Shown: positions 12,671-24,815, counted from the first letter of the stretch. The stretch is DNA of 45,349 bases from Escherichia coli (GCF_003334405.1 NZ_QOWM01000023.1), one strand, 5' to 3'. Notes: generated by a model not told the origin, from the sequence alone. Made by a program: numbers and translations.

Positions 12671-14647
12671 TTATGGCATTACGCCATCAGTCAGATAGTT
12701 GCCATGCTTAACCGCGTGACGCCGCCACATCAGGAGAATTGCAGTCGAGATTGCAGCCCCCACCAATGCCGCGCCAAACCAGCCAATTGCCGCCATAACA
12801 CCGCCCGCGCCATTATCATGAAGTAAAAAGAGCGAGAAAATGCCGGCACCGGGTGTCGAAAGGCCGATATTCATCGCACCGACAATAGCGCCCGTTACCA
12901 TAGAGCCCAGCACAAACGAACCAATAACCCGCAGCGGATCTTCAATCGCCATCGGGATCGCCCCTTCGGTAATACCTGCCAGCCCTAACAGCCAGGTGGA
13001 TTTCCCGGTCTCAATTTCAAACTCTTTAAACAGGCGCGGTGCGAGCATCGTGGAAGCGGTTACGGTAAATGCCGAAACCATTTTGACGGAGGCGAAAATG
13101 GCATACGGGCCGTAAACGCCGTTCGCCATTGCGCCCAGGCAGAATGCATAAGCGGCTTTATTCACTGGCCCTCCAAGGTCAAAGGAACACATAAAACCGA
13201 GAATGGCACCCAGCAACAGCGCGTTACTTCCTGACAGACCGTTCAGCCAGGCGGTAAGCGAGTTATTGATCCAGGCGACAGGTTCCCCCACCACAAACAG
13301 CATCAGACTGCCCGCTCCCAACGTACCGAGCACCGGGTAGAGATAAAAAGTCAGGAATCCATTGAATTTACTGCTAAGACGCAAGTGATTTTTCACCCAG
13401 CGCATCAAGTAACCGGCTATCAATCCGCCAACGACCGCGCCGAGAAACCCGGAGCCGATCATGTTGGCGGCAAGTCCAGCCGCAAAGCCTGGCGCTAACG
13501 CCGGTTTATCTGCCAGAGAATAGGCGGTATAGGCCGCGAGCACCGGTACCATCAAAATTCCGAGCAGCCCGCCGCCCAGCTTGCGGTACATCCACAGCCA
13601 GGAGTTTTCTTCATTAAACAGATCTTGTAGCCCGAAGATTTGCGACAGTAATACCGCGACCGCCAGCACCGTGCCCCCCGCGACAATCAACGGTACGGCA
13701 AAAGAGATTCCGCTCAACAGTGCCTGTTTCAGCTCCGTTTTGACACTTTTCACCGGTTGCGTATCTTGCTGTACGGTACGCGTCTCATCGCTACGCTTGA
13801 GGGTAAGCGCTTGTTGGATCAACGCTTCTGCATGGCGAATCGGCTCGGCAACAGGCACTGAAAGCGCGGGAATGCCATTAAAACGCTCACTCTCCTTGAT
13901 GGCGACTTCAGCCGCAAAAATACAGGCGGTTGCACTATTGAGTTGATCCGCCGTTAAACGCCCTTCAATGCCGTTAGCGCCTTGTTTTTCAACGTAAACA
14001 TTTACGCCGAGTTTGCGTCCGGCTTTTTCCAGATATTCCGCAGCCATATAGGTGTGAGCAATACCCGCCGGACAGGCCGTTACGCAGACGATAGTTGGCG
14101 CGTTGGAAAAAGAGGCAGAAGGTTGCGTGCCTCCCTTGTCATCCAGCGCCGAGAGCAACTCATCAGGCGTCGTCGCCGACTGTATACGCGCCCGAATCTC
14201 ATCATCCGCAAGGCGCGTGGTCAGCGCTGTCAGCAGTTGCATATGCGTAGTACCCGCTTCATTGGGGGGAATCGCCAGCAGCACCACTAAATCAACTGCT
14301 TCCGGGCCATCAACGCCTTCCCACTGAAGCGGCTCGCTGAGTGTGGCGACCGCAAACGCCGCTTCTTTTACCGCAGCAGTTTTGCCATGCGGCACAGCCA
14401 ACCCTTCACCTAAGGCGGTCGGGCCAAGGCTTTCACGGCGATACACTTCTTCCAGAAATTGCTCAGTACTGGAAATTTTCCCCAGAGCAGCAAGACGTTG
14501 AGTCAACGCGTGGATGGCCTCTTCACGGCTGGTAAAGCGCGCATTCAGACACAACGCATCGCGGTGGGTCAGAGTCGTCAGATTCATCATGATCCTCACT
14601 TGATCGTTTTTATAGTCGCGCCAGTGTGCCCGATAAAACAATACCAT
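12671..14647 (-). CDS. mngA: PTS 2-O-alpha-mannosyl-D-glycerate-specific EIIABC component
   Basis: 658 aa with PTS EIIA(Fru)-like, EIIB and polytopic EIIC regions; fits the mngR/mngA/mngB context. Confidence 0.92.
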
Positions 14648-14755
14648 TATGTGATCAATTTCACTTGATTGAAATTATTTGTATTGTATTTGTATTATTT
14701 ACAGGATGAATTTATCGGGCATGATGGTTAAATTCGTATTAATGAGATACTAAAA
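14648..14755. promoter_or_regulatory. Divergent mngA / mngR promoter-operator region
   Basis: 108-bp AT-rich intergenic region containing the inverted repeat AATTTCA-N6-TGAAATT (14657-14676) and tandem TGTATT repeats (14681-14697). A candidate MngR (GntR/HutC-family) operator, by inference. Confidence 0.35.
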
Positions 14756-15478
14756 ATGGGACACAAGCCCTTATACCGGCAGATTGCCGATCGCATTCGT
14801 GAACAAATTGCGCGTGGCGAGCTTAAACCTGGCGATGCGTTACCCACTGAATCAGCGCTACAAACAGAGTTTGGCGTCAGCCGGGTTACGGTGCGTCAGG
14901 CTTTGCGCCAGCTAGTCGAGCAGCAGATCCTCGAAAGCATTCAGGGCAGCGGGACTTACGTCAAAGAAGAGCGGGTCAATTACGATATTTTTCAGTTAAC
15001 CAGTTTTGATGAAAAACTGTCGGACCGTCACGTCGATACACACAGTGAAGTTCTGATATTCGAAGTGATTCCGGCTGACGATTTTCTTCAGCAACAGCTA
15101 CAAATCACCCCGCAGGATCGTGTGTGGCATGTGAAGCGCGTGCGCTATCGCAAGCAAAAGCCAATGGCGCTGGAAGAAACCTGGATGCCGCTTGCGTTGT
15201 TCCCGGATCTCACCTGGCAGGTCATGGAAAATTCGAAATATCACTTTATCGAAGAAGTGAAGAAAATGGTTATCGATCGTAGCGAACAGGAAATCATTCC
15301 TCTGATGCCAACCGAAGAGATGAGCCGTCTGCTTAATATCAGCCAGACAAAGCCGATTCTTGAAAAAGTATCGCGTGGATATTTAGTTGATGGTCGGGTG
15401 TTTGAATATAGCCGCAACGCTTTTAATACCGATGACTATAAATTTACCCTGATAGCGCAGCGAAAATCATCGCGATAA
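14756..15478 (+). CDS. mngR: GntR/HutC-family transcriptional repressor MngR (FarR)
   Basis: 240 aa, N-terminal GntR-type HTH (ALPTESALQTEFGVSRVTVRQALRQLVEQQILESIQGSGTYV) and UTRA-type C-terminal domain. Confidence 0.93.
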   Translation: MGHKPLYRQIADRIREQIARGELKPGDALPTESALQTEFGVSRVTVRQALRQLVEQQILESIQGSGTYVKEERVNYDIFQLTSFDEKLSDRHVDTHSEVLIFEVIPADDFLQQQLQITPQDRVWHVKRVRYRKQKPMALEETWMPLALFPDLTWQVMENSKYHFIEEVKKMVIDRSEQEIIPLMPTEEMSRLLNISQTKPILEKVSRGYLVDGRVFEYSRNAFNTDDYKFTLIAQRKSSR

Positions 15479-15484
15479 GCACAA

Positions 15485-15581
15485 AAAAGGCCATCATACG
15501 ATGGCCAACCATGTCGAAACCGACAGCCCTTCGCCATTCCTGTAGAGGGAAGCGGCGAGGGCTATTTCTTATTACAGATAT
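15485..15581 (-). ncRNA. sdhX: SdhX (RybD) sRNA from the sucD 3' UTR
   Basis: The sequence directly 3' of the sucD stop ends in the intrinsic terminator GGCCAUCGUAUGAUGGCC followed by UUUUUU (15483-15510, minus strand). Position and terminator fit the known 3'-UTR-derived sRNA of the sdh-suc transcript. The 5' boundary is set by processing and not determinable here. Confidence 0.6.
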
Positions 15582-16451
15582 TTATTTCAGAACAGTTTTC
15601 AGTGCTTCACCGATATCCGCCAGGCTGCGAACGGTTTTCACGCCTGCGGCTTCCAGAGCAGCGAATTTCTCATCCGCAGTCCCTTTCCCACCGGCAATGA
15701 TGGCACCCGCGTGGCCCATACGTTTGCCTTTCGGCGCAGTCACACCAGCGATGTAACCCACAACTGGCTTGGTAACGTGCTCTTTGATGTACGCAGCTGC
15801 TTCTTCTTCAGCGCTACCGCCGATCTCACCGATCATCACGATCGCTTCGGTCTGCGGATCTTTTTCGAACATTTCGAGAATGTCGATAAAGTTAGAGCCC
15901 GGGATCGGGTCACCGCCGATACCGACACAGGTCGACTGACCGAAACCGTAATCCGTGGTCTGTTTAACCGCTTCATAGGTCAGTGTACCGGAACGGGAAA
16001 CGATACCCACTTTACCCGGTTTGTGAATGTGACCAGGCTGGATACCGATTTTGCATTCACCCGGAGTGATAACGCCTGGGCAGTTCGGGCCGATCATACG
16101 AACGCCTGCTTCATCCAGCTTCACTTTCACGGTCAGCATATCCAGCGTCGGGATGCCTTCAGTGATGGTGATAATCAGTTTGATGCCTGCGTCGATGGCT
16201 TCCAGAATGGAGTCTTTGCAGAACGGTGCTGGTACGTAGATAACAGAAGCGGTAGCGCCAGTGGCAGCAACGGCTTCACGCACGGTGTTGAACACCGGCA
16301 GGCCGAGGTGGGTGGTGCCGCCTTTACCTGGGGTTACGCCGCCAACCATTTTAGTGCCGTATGCAATGGCCTGTTCTGAGTGGAAAGTCCCCTGGCTACC
16401 GGTAAAGCCCTGGCAGATAACCTTGGTGTTTTTATCGATTAAAATGGACAT
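15582..16451 (-). CDS. sucD: Succinyl-CoA synthetase alpha subunit
   Basis: 289 aa, [45 protein letters not shown]. Confidence 0.97.
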
Positions 16452-17617
16452 TATTTCCCCTCCACTGCGGCAACAACCTGCTGAGCTGCATCCGTCAGAC
16501 CTTTTGCTGCAATAATATTCAGGCCGCTGTCAGCCAGTTTCTTCGCGCCGAGTTCGGCGTTGTTACCTTCCAGACGTACCACGACCGGTACGTTAACACC
16601 CACTTCTGCTACCGCGCCGATGATACCGTCAGCGATCAGGTCGCAACGAACGATACCGCCGAAGATGTTAACCAGAACGGCTTTCACTTTGTCGTCAGAG
16701 AGGATGATTTTGAACGCTTCGGTTACACGTTCTTTGGTTGCGCCGCCGCCAACGTCAAGGAAGTTAGCCGGTTCGCCGCCGTGCAGTTTAACGATGTCCA
16801 TCGTACCCATCGCCAGACCTGCGCCGTTAACCATACAACCGATGTTACCGTCCAGCGCAACGTAGTTCAGTTCCCACTGTGCAGCCTGTGCTTCACGCGG
16901 ATCTTCCTGCGACTGGTCACGCATTTCGCGCAGATCAGGCTGGCGGAACAGTGCGTTGCCGTCAGCGCCCAGTTTGCCGTCGAGGCAAATCAGATCGCCC
17001 TGTTTGGTGATGACCAGCGGGTTGATTTCGATCAACGCCAGGTCGCGCTCCAGGAAAATGGTCGCCAGGCCCATGAAGATTTTGGTGAACTGCTGAACCA
17101 GTTTACCTTCCAGACCCAGTTTGAACGCCAGCTCGCGTCCCTGATACGGCATCGGGCCAGTCAGCGGATCAAGCGCAACTTTATGGATCAGGTGCGGAGT
17201 TTCTTCCGCCACTTTTTCGATTTCCACGCCGCCTTCGGTGGAGGCCATAAAGACCACACGACGGGAACTACGGTCAACAACGGCACCGAGATACAGCTCT
17301 TTAGCGATATCGGTCGCTGCTTCAACCAGAATCTGGTTAACCGGTTGGCCATTGGCATCTGTTTGATACGTTACCAGACGCTTGCCCAGCCAGTTTTCTG
17401 CAAAAGCACGGATGTCTTCTTTGCTGTTTACAACTTTCACACCGCCCGCTTTACCGCGGCCACCAGCGTGAACCTGACATTTCACTACCCACGGACCGGC
17501 ACCGATTTTTGAAGCGGCTTCTTCTGCTTCGCGCGGAGTAGTACAGGCATAACCCACCGGTGCTGGTAAGCCATAGCGGGCAAAAAGTTGTTTTGCCTGA
17601 TATTCATGTAAGTTCAT
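16451..17617 (-). CDS. sucC: Succinyl-CoA synthetase beta subunit
   Basis: 388 aa, [39 protein letters not shown] (ATP-grasp); overlaps the sucD start by 1 nt. Confidence 0.97.
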
Positions 17618-17699
17618 GTGTTCTGTCCATCCTTCAGTAATCGTTATCTTTTAAACCGTAGACCGAATATTTCGTATCGCTTCCGGGCATTGTCGGTCA

Positions 17700-17960
17700 C
17701 CCGTAGGCCTGATAAGACACGTTAAACGTCACATCAGGCATCGCTTGTCGGATGCGGCGCTTGCGCCTTATCCGACCTACATTGGTGGTCCCCGTAGGCC
17801 TGATAAGACACGTTAACCGTCACATCAGGCATCGCTTGTCGGATGCGGCGCTAGCGCCTTATCCGACCTACATTGGTGGTCCCGTAGGCCTGATAAGACG
17901 CGTCAGCGTCGCATCAGGCTTCAATTGCCGGAGAAGGCGATAATGCCTTATCCGGTCTAC
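17700..17960. repeat. Tandem array of three ~90-bp BIME/REP units in the sucB-sucC intergenic region
   Basis: Units at 17700-17790 and 17791-17880 are near-identical (two substitutions and one indel by eye). A third, more diverged unit lies at 17881-17960. Each unit holds two REP-type palindromes (GCCTGATAAGAC...GTCACATCAGGC and GTCGGATGCGGCGC..GCGCCTTATCCGAC). Confidence 0.85.
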
Positions 17961-17982
17961 AGTGCAGGTGAAACTTAAACTA

Positions 17983-19200
17983 CTACACGTCCAGCAGCAG
18001 ACGCGTCGGATCTTCCAGCAACTCTTTGATCGTTACCAGGAAGCCCACGGATTCGCGACCATCGATCAGACGGTGATCGTAGGACAGCGCCAGGTACATC
18101 ATCGGCAGGATCTCAACCTGACCATTCACCGCCATCGGACGATCTTTGATAGCGTGCATACCCAGAATTGCGCTCTGCGGCGGGTTGATGATCGGCGTAG
18201 ACATCAGGGAACCGAACACACCACCGTTGGTGATGGTGAAGTTACCACCGGTCAGATCTTCAACGGTCAGCTTGCCGTCACGGCCTTTGACTGCCAGCTC
18301 TTTGATTTTCTTCTCGATGTCTGCCATGCCGAGGGTATCGACATCACGCAGAACCGGCGTCACCAGGCCGCGCGGCGTAGAAACCGCCATGCTGACGTCG
18401 AAATAGTTGTGGTAAACCACGTCATCGCCGTCGATAGAAGCGTTCACTTCCGGGTAACGTTTCAGGGCTTCAACCACCGCTTTCACGTAGAAGGACATAA
18501 AGCCCAGACGGATGCCGTGGCGTTTTTCAAACGCTTCACCGTACTGCTTACGCAGATCCATAATCGGCTTCATGTTGACTTCGTTGAACGTGGTCAGCAT
18601 GGCGGTGGAGTTTTTCGCTTCCAGCAGACGCTCTGCCACACGCTTACGCAGGCGAGTCATCGGGACACGTTTTTCACTACGTGCAGCCAGAGCCGGTTGC
18701 GCCGCCGGAGCAGCCGCTGCCGGAGCAGACTCTTTCGCCGGGGCTTTCGCCAGATGTTTTTCCACATCTTCACGAGTCAGACGACCACCCACACCGGTGC
18801 CTTTAATGGCGCTGGCGTCGAGATTGTGTTCAGCCAGCAGGCGACGGATCGCCGGGCTTAACGCATCGTTGTTTTGCTCTTCCAGAGACGCCTGCTGGCG
18901 TTGCGCCGGAGTGGACGCTTTCTCTTCAGATTTGGCGCTGGTTTCTTTACCGGCGCTGTTGCCTTCACGCAGGCGACCAAGGATCTGACGAGACGTTACC
19001 GTTGTACCTTCATCTTCCAGAACCGCATCCAGAATGCCGTCTGCTGATGCCGGTACTTCCAGTACCACTTTGTCAGTTTCGATTTCTACCAGCACTTCAT
19101 CACGTACGACTGCGTCGCCGGGTTTTTTATGCCAGGTTGCGACGGTGGCATCGGCTACGGATTCAGGCAGGTCAGGGACCAGAATATCTACGCTACTCAT
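17983..19200 (-). CDS. sucB: 2-oxoglutarate dehydrogenase E2 (dihydrolipoyllysine succinyltransferase)
   Basis: 405 aa, [49 protein letters not shown] (lipoyl domain), Ala/Pro linker, catalytic domain. Confidence 0.97.
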
Positions 19201-19214
19201 TGTGTATCCTTTAT

Positions 19215-22016
19215 TTATTCGACGTTCAGCGCGTCATTAACCAGATCTTGTTGCTGTTTCTGGTGAACGGACATATACCCTACCGCCGGAGAGGCGGAGG
19301 CCGGGCGGCCTGCATAACGCAGAGAAGCCCCAAACGGAATCACTTCACGGAAATGATGCTGGCTGCAGTACCATGCGCCCTGGTTGAGCGGCTCTTCCTG
19401 GCACCAGACAAAATCCTTGACGTGAGCAAACTGCTGCAACACTTCCTGCATCGCTTTATGCGGGAACGGGTAGAGTTGCTCGATACGCACAATGGCGACA
19501 TCGTGTTGATTGTTCTTACGACGCTGTTCCAGCAGGTCGTAATAAACCTTACCAGAACACATCACTACGCGCTTCACGCCCTTCGGATCAAGCTCGTCGA
19601 TTTCACCGATGGCTGGCAGGAAGGTGCCGTTCGCCAGTTCTTCGAGGCTGGAAACCGCCAGCGGATGACGCAGCAGGGATTTCGGCGACATCACGACCAG
19701 CGGACGACGCATCCCGCGCAGCGCCTGACGACGCAGCATGTGGTAAACCTGTGCCGGGGTAGACGGTACGCAAACCTGCATGTTTTGCTCAGCACAAAGT
19801 TGCAGATAACGTTCCAGACGCGCGGAGGAGTGCTCCGGCCCCTGCCCTTCGTAACCGTGCGGCAGCAACATCACCAGACCACACATCCGGCCCCATTTCT
19901 GTTCGCCAGAGGAGATGAACTGGTCGATAACCACCTGCGCACCGTTGGCGAAGTCACCGAACTGCGCTTCCCAGATGGTCAGAGTGCGTGGTTCTGCGGT
20001 GGCATAACCATATTCAAACGCCAGCACTGCTTCTTCAGACAGTACGGAGTCCCAGACACGGAACGCGCCCTGCCCGTTATGGATATGTTGCAGCGGCGTG
20101 TAAGTGGAACCGTTAGACTGGTTGTGGATCACCGCGTGGCGGTGGAAGAAGGTACCGCGACCGGAGTCTTCACCCGACAGGCGAACCGGAATGCCTTCAT
20201 CAACCAGCGTGGCGTAAGCGAGGTTTTCCGCACCGCCCCAGTCGAACAGTTTCTCACCGGCAGCCATCGCCTGGCGATCGCCATAAATCTTGGCAACGCG
20301 AGACTGCATTTCAACTGCTTCCGGCACCGTGCTGATGCGTTTCGCCAGCTCCTGCAGGCGCTTCATCTCAACTTTGTTCGGGTACTCTTCGTCCCATTCG
20401 TGGTTGAGGTACGGCGACCAGGTGAAAGAGTGCATGTTCATCGGACGCCACTCTGCCACTACGCAATCGCCAGCATCCAGCGCATCGCGGTACAGGTTAA
20501 CCATCTCGGTGGCATCTTCCAGCGTCGCCACTTTTTCCTGCTCCAGCTTGTCAGCGTAGATTTTGCGCGGTGTCGGATGTTTTTTGATTTTCTGATACAT
20601 CAGCGGCTGGGTTGCGCTCGGCTCGTCGGCTTCGTTGTGGCCGTGACGGCGGTAGCACACCAGGTCGATGAAGACATCACGTTTAAAGGTGTTACGGAAA
20701 TCGAGCGCCAGACGGGTCACAAAGGCAACGGCTTCCGGATCGTCCGCGTTAACGTGGAAAATCGGGGCCTGAACCATCTTACCGATATCAGTACAGTACG
20801 GCGTAGAACGGGCATCCAGCGGATTAGAGGTGGTGAAACCAACCTGGTTGTTGATAACGATACGTACCGTACCGCCAACTTCATAACCACGCGCTTTCGA
20901 CATGTTCAGGGTTTCCTGAACCACGCCCTGCCCGGTCACTGCGGCGTCACCGTGGATGGTGATTGGCAGCACTTTGTTGCTGCTCGGCTCATCAAGTCTG
21001 TCCAGACGGGCACGAACAGAACCGATAACTACCGGGCTTACAATCTCAAGGTGAGACGGGTTAAACGCCAGCGCCAGGTGCACCAGGCCGCCATCGGTCT
21101 GGAAGTCAGACGAGAAGCCCATGTGGTATTTCACGTCACCCGTGCCGAGGTGTTCTTTATGTTTACCGGCGAACTCGTCGAACAAGTCTTGCGGTTTTTT
21201 ACCCAGCACGTTCACCAGCACGTTCAGACGACCACGGTGCGCCATCCCGAGAACCACTTCGCGGGTGCCGCTGTTGCCAGCGTGGCGGATCATCTCTTTA
21301 AGCATCGGGATTAACGCGTCACCGCCTTCCAGCGAGAAGCGTTTTGCGCCAGGGAATTTTGCGCCGAGGTAACGTTCAAGACCTTCAGCGGCGGTCAGTT
21401 CGCTTAAGAAGCGTTTTTTCTCTTCGCTATTGAAAGTCGCGCGACCAGACTCGATACGCTGTTGGATCCAGCGTTTTTCTTCGGTGCTGGTAATGTGCAT
21501 ATACTCGGCACCAATCGGGCCGCAGTAGGTTTGCTTGAGGGCTTCCAGCAGCTCGCCGAGTTTCATGGTTTCTTTGCCGCTGGCAAATGAACCGACGTTG
21601 AAGGTCTCCTGGAAGTCTGCTTCGGTCAGATCGTGGAAAGACGGATCCAGATCGGCCACTTTATCTTGCTGCCACAGTCCCAGCGGATCGAGATTCGCAT
21701 GCTGGTGACCACGGAAGCGGTATGCGTTAATGAGCTGCAGGACTTTAACCTGCTTCACATTGGTGTCAGGGTCGGAGATCGTTGAAGAGTAACGTGAAGC
21801 GTCTTTCGCCAGGCGGCGGAAATATTCACGCGTTTGAGAGTGGAATTGATCCGGTTTGACTCCCGTACCAGGTAACTGCTGGAACGTCGAACGCCAGTTA
21901 GCGTCAACCGAGTCAGGATCGGTTAAGAAGTCTTCATAGAGCTGTTCTATCCAGCTCTGGTTTGCGCCAGAGAGGTAAGAAGAGTCCAACCAGGCTTTCA
22001 AAGCGCTGTTCTGCAT
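19215..22016 (-). CDS. sucA: 2-oxoglutarate dehydrogenase E1 component
   Basis: 933 aa, [38 protein letters not shown]. Confidence 0.97.
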   Translation of the reverse strand: MQNSALKAWLDSSYLSGANQSWIEQLYEDFLTDPDSVDANWRSTFQQLPGTGVKPDQFHSQTREYFRRLAKDASRYSSTISDPDTNVKQVKVLQLINAYRFRGHQHANLDPLGLWQQDKVADLDPSFHDLTEADFQETFNVGSFASGKETMKLGELLEALKQTYCGPIGAEYMHITSTEEKRWIQQRIESGRATFNSEEKKRFLSELTAAEGLERYLGAKFPGAKRFSLEGGDALIPMLKEMIRHAGNSGTREVVLGMAHRGRLNVLVNVLGKKPQDLFDEFAGKHKEHLGTGDVKYHMGFSSDFQTDGGLVHLALAFNPSHLEIVSPVVIGSVRARLDRLDEPSSNKVLPITIHGDAAVTGQGVVQETLNMSKARGYEVGGTVRIVINNQVGFTTSNPLDARSTPYCTDIGKMVQAPIFHVNADDPEAVAFVTRLALDFRNTFKRDVFIDLVCYRRHGHNEADEPSATQPLMYQKIKKHPTPRKIYADKLEQEKVATLEDATEMVNLYRDALDAGDCVVAEWRPMNMHSFTWSPYLNHEWDEEYPNKVEMKRLQELAKRISTVPEAVEMQSRVAKIYGDRQAMAAGEKLFDWGGAENLAYATLVDEGIPVRLSGEDSGRGTFFHRHAVIHNQSNGSTYTPLQHIHNGQGAFRVWDSVLSEEAVLAFEYGYATAEPRTLTIWEAQFGDFANGAQVVIDQFISSGEQKWGRMCGLVMLLPHGYEGQGPEHSSARLERYLQLCAEQNMQVCVPSTPAQVYHMLRRQALRGMRRPLVVMSPKSLLRHPLAVSSLEELANGTFLPAIGEIDELDPKGVKRVVMCSGKVYYDLLEQRRKNNQHDVAIVRIEQLYPFPHKAMQEVLQQFAHVKDFVWCQEEPLNQGAWYCSQHHFREVIPFGASLRYAGRPASASPAVGYMSVHQKQQQDLVNDALNVE

Positions 22017-22195
22017 CGTGATCCCTTAAGCATCTTTTTTATGCTTACTTCGCCGTGGATACTACCACGCACAGTGATGTGCGTGCCGGGGTTCACTTGC
22101 GAGCTCTTGTCTACGTAGTGGCTCGCGAAGGAACCTTTAAAAACTGTCTTAGTGTCAGGGGCAGTTTTTAAAGATTTCCTGCATTTCTTTGTTAC

Positions 22196-22316
22196 GCCTG
22201 ATGCGCTGCGCTTATCAGGCCTACGGGTAATGACTTGTAGGCCGGATAAGGCGTTCACGCCGCATCCGGCACTGGTTGCCTGATGCGACGCTTGCGCGTC
22301 TTATCAGGCCTACGGT
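22196..22316. repeat. REP (BIME) palindromic units in the sdhB-sucA intergenic region
   Basis: Three REP-type palindromes: GCCTGATGCGCTGCGCTTATCAGGCCTAC, GTAGGCCGGATAAGGCGTTCACGCCGCATCCGGC, GCCTGATGCGACGCTTGCGCGTCTTATCAGGCCTAC. They abut the sdhB stop codon. Confidence 0.85.
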
Positions 22317-23033
22317 TTACGCATTACGTTGCAACAACATCGACTTGATATGGCCGATGGCGCGCGTCGGGTTCAGCCCCTTCGGACATACACTGACGCA
22401 GTTCATGATGCTGTGACAGCGGAATACGCTGAATGCATCACTCAAACCGTCGAGGCGGCTGTCAGTCTCGGTATCACGGCTATCAATCAGGAAACGATAT
22501 GCCGCTAACAAGCCTGCCGGGCCGATAAACTTATCGGGATTCCACCAGAAAGACGGACAAGAGGTTGAACAACATGCGCAGAGAATACATTCATACAGCC
22601 CGTCGAGTTTTTCGCGCTGCTCTGGCATCTGTAAATGCTCGCGAGCTGGCGGATTTTGTCCATTATTCAACAGGTAAGGCTTAATTTTCTCATATTGCGC
22701 ATAGAATTGTCCCATGTCTACCACCAAATCGCGGATCACCGGTAAACCTGGCAGCGGGCGAATCACAATCTTCTTGCCCGGCTGGTTGAGTGCCGAAATC
22801 GGGGTAATACAGGCCAGACCATTCTTGCCGTTCATGTTCAGACCGTCGGAACCGCACACACCTTCACGGCAGGAGCGGCGGAACGACAGGCTGGGATCTT
22901 TCTCTTTTAGCTGGATAAGCGCATCCAGCAGCATCATGTCGCGACCTTCATCCGCTTCCAGGGTGTAATCCTGCATACGCGGAGCATCATCAACATCCGG
23001 GTTATAGCGATAAATTGAAAACTCGAGTCTCAT
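22317..23033 (-). CDS. sdhB: Succinate dehydrogenase iron-sulfur subunit
   Basis: 238 aa, MRLEFSIYRYNPDVDDAPRMQDYTLEADEGRDMMLLDALIQLKEKDPSLSFRRSCREGVCGSDG (2Fe-2S), plus 4Fe-4S Cys clusters. Confidence 0.97.
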   Translation of the reverse strand: MRLEFSIYRYNPDVDDAPRMQDYTLEADEGRDMMLLDALIQLKEKDPSLSFRRSCREGVCGSDGLNMNGKNGLACITPISALNQPGKKIVIRPLPGLPVIRDLVVDMGQFYAQYEKIKPYLLNNGQNPPAREHLQMPEQREKLDGLYECILCACCSTSCPSFWWNPDKFIGPAGLLAAYRFLIDSRDTETDSRLDGLSDAFSVFRCHSIMNCVSVCPKGLNPTRAIGHIKSMLLQRNA

Positions 23034-23048
23034 TTTCCTGTCTCCGCA

Positions 23049-24815
23049 TTAGTAAGTACGAATCTTCGGCGGGAATGCCGGGCGCAGTTTCGGTTCCATG
23101 TTGACGCTTCGGCGCGTCATGGATTCCGACTCTGGCAGATACAGGGAGTGGCACAGCCAGTTTTCATCATCACGATCCGGGAAGTCGAAGCGGCTATGCG
23201 CGCCACGGCTTTCGGTACGGAAGTTGGCAGAAACAGCCGTTGCATACGCCGTTTCCATCAGGTTATCCAGTTCCAGGCACTCAACGCGCTGGGTGTTGAA
23301 CTCGCTGGAAGTGTCATCCAGACGGGCATTTTTCAGACGCTCGCGGATCACTTTCAACTGCTCAAGCCCTTTCGCCATCGCATCACCTTCACGGAAGACC
23401 GAGAAGTTATGCTGCATACATTCTTGCAGCGCTTTACGGATCGCCACCGGATCTTCACCGTTACGATTATTGTTCCAGCGGTTCAGGCGATCCAGAGACG
23501 CTTCAACATCAGACTCGCTGGCATCGCGCAGTGCGCCCTGCTCGGCGATAGACTCTTGCAGATGCAGACCTGCCGCGCGACCAAAGACCACCAGGTCCAG
23601 CAGCGAGTTGCCGCCCAGACGGTTAGCGCCGTGTACCGATACACAAGCGATTTCACCAACGGCAAACAGTCCCGGAACAACCACATCTTCGCCTTTCTCA
23701 TTCACAGTCAGCGCCTGACCGGTAACTTTGGTCGGAATACCGCCCATCATGTAGTGACAGGTTGGGATAACCGGAATCGGCTCTTTCACCGGATCGACGT
23801 GAGCGAAGGTACGGGAAAGCTCCAGGATACCCGGCAGACGGGATTCGAGAACTTCTTTACCCAGGTGATCGAGTTTCAGTTTCGCGTGTGGCCCCCACGG
23901 ACCATCACAGCCGCGACCTTCACGGATTTCGATCATGATGGAACGCGCAACCACGTCACGGCCCGCCAGGTCTTTGGCGTTCGGCGCATAACGCTCCATA
24001 AAACGTTCGCCATGTTTGTTCAGCAGATAACCGCCTTCACCACGGCAACCTTCGGTGACCAGTACGCCCGCACCGGCAATGCCGGTCGGGTGGAACTGCC
24101 ACATTTCCATATCCTGCACCGGTACGCCGGCACGGATAGCCATGCCGACACCGTCGCCGGTGTTAATGTGGGCGTTGGTGGTGGACTGATAAATACGCCC
24201 TGCTCCGCCAGTCGCCAGCACGGTAGCGCGGGCTTTGAAATAAACCACTTCACCGGTTTCGATGCACAGTGCGGTACAACCCACCACCGCGCCATCCTGG
24301 TTTTTCACCAGATCCAGCGCATACCACTCGGAGAAAATGGTGGTGTGGTTTTTCAGGTTCTGCTGATAAAGCGTGTGCAACAGTGCGTGACCGGTACGGT
24401 CAGCTGCTGCCGCAGTGCGTGCCGCCTGCTCGCCGCCGAAGTTTTTCGACTGACCGCCAAACGGACGTTGATAGATACGACCATCATCGAGACGCGAGAA
24501 CGGCAGGCCCATGTGTTCGAGTTCCAGAATCGCTTCCGGCCCGGTTTTACACATATATTCAATCGCGTCCTGGTCACCGATATAGTCCGACCCTTTCACG
24601 GTGTCGTACATATGCCATTCCCAGTTATCTTCATGGGTATTACCCAGCGCAACGGTAATGCCGCCTTGCGCAGAAACGGTATGGGAACGGGTCGGGAAGA
24701 CTTTAGAGAGCAGCGCACAGGTCTGGCCGCTCTGGGAAATTTGCAGCGCCGCGCGCATACCTGCGCCACCGGCACCAATCACAACTGCATCAAATTCTCT
24801 GACTGGCAATTTCAT
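23049..24815 (-). CDS. sdhA: Succinate dehydrogenase flavoprotein subunit
   Basis: 588 aa from [25 protein letters not shown] (FAD-binding GxGxxG). The ORF-track start at 24827 is 4 codons upstream. Start overlaps the sdhD stop by 1 nt. Confidence 0.97.
   Translation of the reverse strand: MKLPVREFDAVVIGAGGAGMRAALQISQSGQTCALLSKVFPTRSHTVSAQGGITVALGNTHEDNWEWHMYDTVKGSDYIGDQDAIEYMCKTGPEAILELEHMGLPFSRLDDGRIYQRPFGGQSKNFGGEQAARTAAAADRTGHALLHTLYQQNLKNHTTIFSEWYALDLVKNQDGAVVGCTALCIETGEVVYFKARATVLATGGAGRIYQSTTNAHINTGDGVGMAIRAGVPVQDMEMWQFHPTGIAGAGVLVTEGCRGEGGYLLNKHGERFMERYAPNAKDLAGRDVVARSIMIEIREGRGCDGPWGPHAKLKLDHLGKEVLESRLPGILELSRTFAHVDPVKEPIPVIPTCHYMMGGIPTKVTGQALTVNEKGEDVVVPGLFAVGEIACVSVHGANRLGGNSLLDLVVFGRAAGLHLQESIAEQGALRDASESDVEASLDRLNRWNNNRNGEDPVAIRKALQECMQHNFSVFREGDAMAKGLEQLKVIRERLKNARLDDTSSEFNTQRVECLELDNLMETAYATAVSANFRTESRGAHSRFDFPDRDDENWLCHSLYLPESESMTRRSVNMEPKLRPAFPPKIRTY

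Noticed and set aside
17700-17960. Possible CRISPR array suggested by regularly spaced ~90-bp repeats.
   Set aside because: The units are contiguous and palindromic (REP/BIME-type) with no unique spacers between them, and no cas genes are nearby.
19002-21314. 770-aa stop-free ORF on the plus strand, antisense to sucA; similar long antisense ORFs lie opposite sdhA (23148-24845), cydB (6420-7700), sucB (17962-18861), cydA (7827-8765) and mngB/mngA.
   Set aside because: They sit wholly inside well-supported, highly expressed genes, and their translations are low-complexity Arg/His/Gln/Val-rich strings with no recognisable domain. This is the usual by-product of codon bias in GC-rich E. coli genes.
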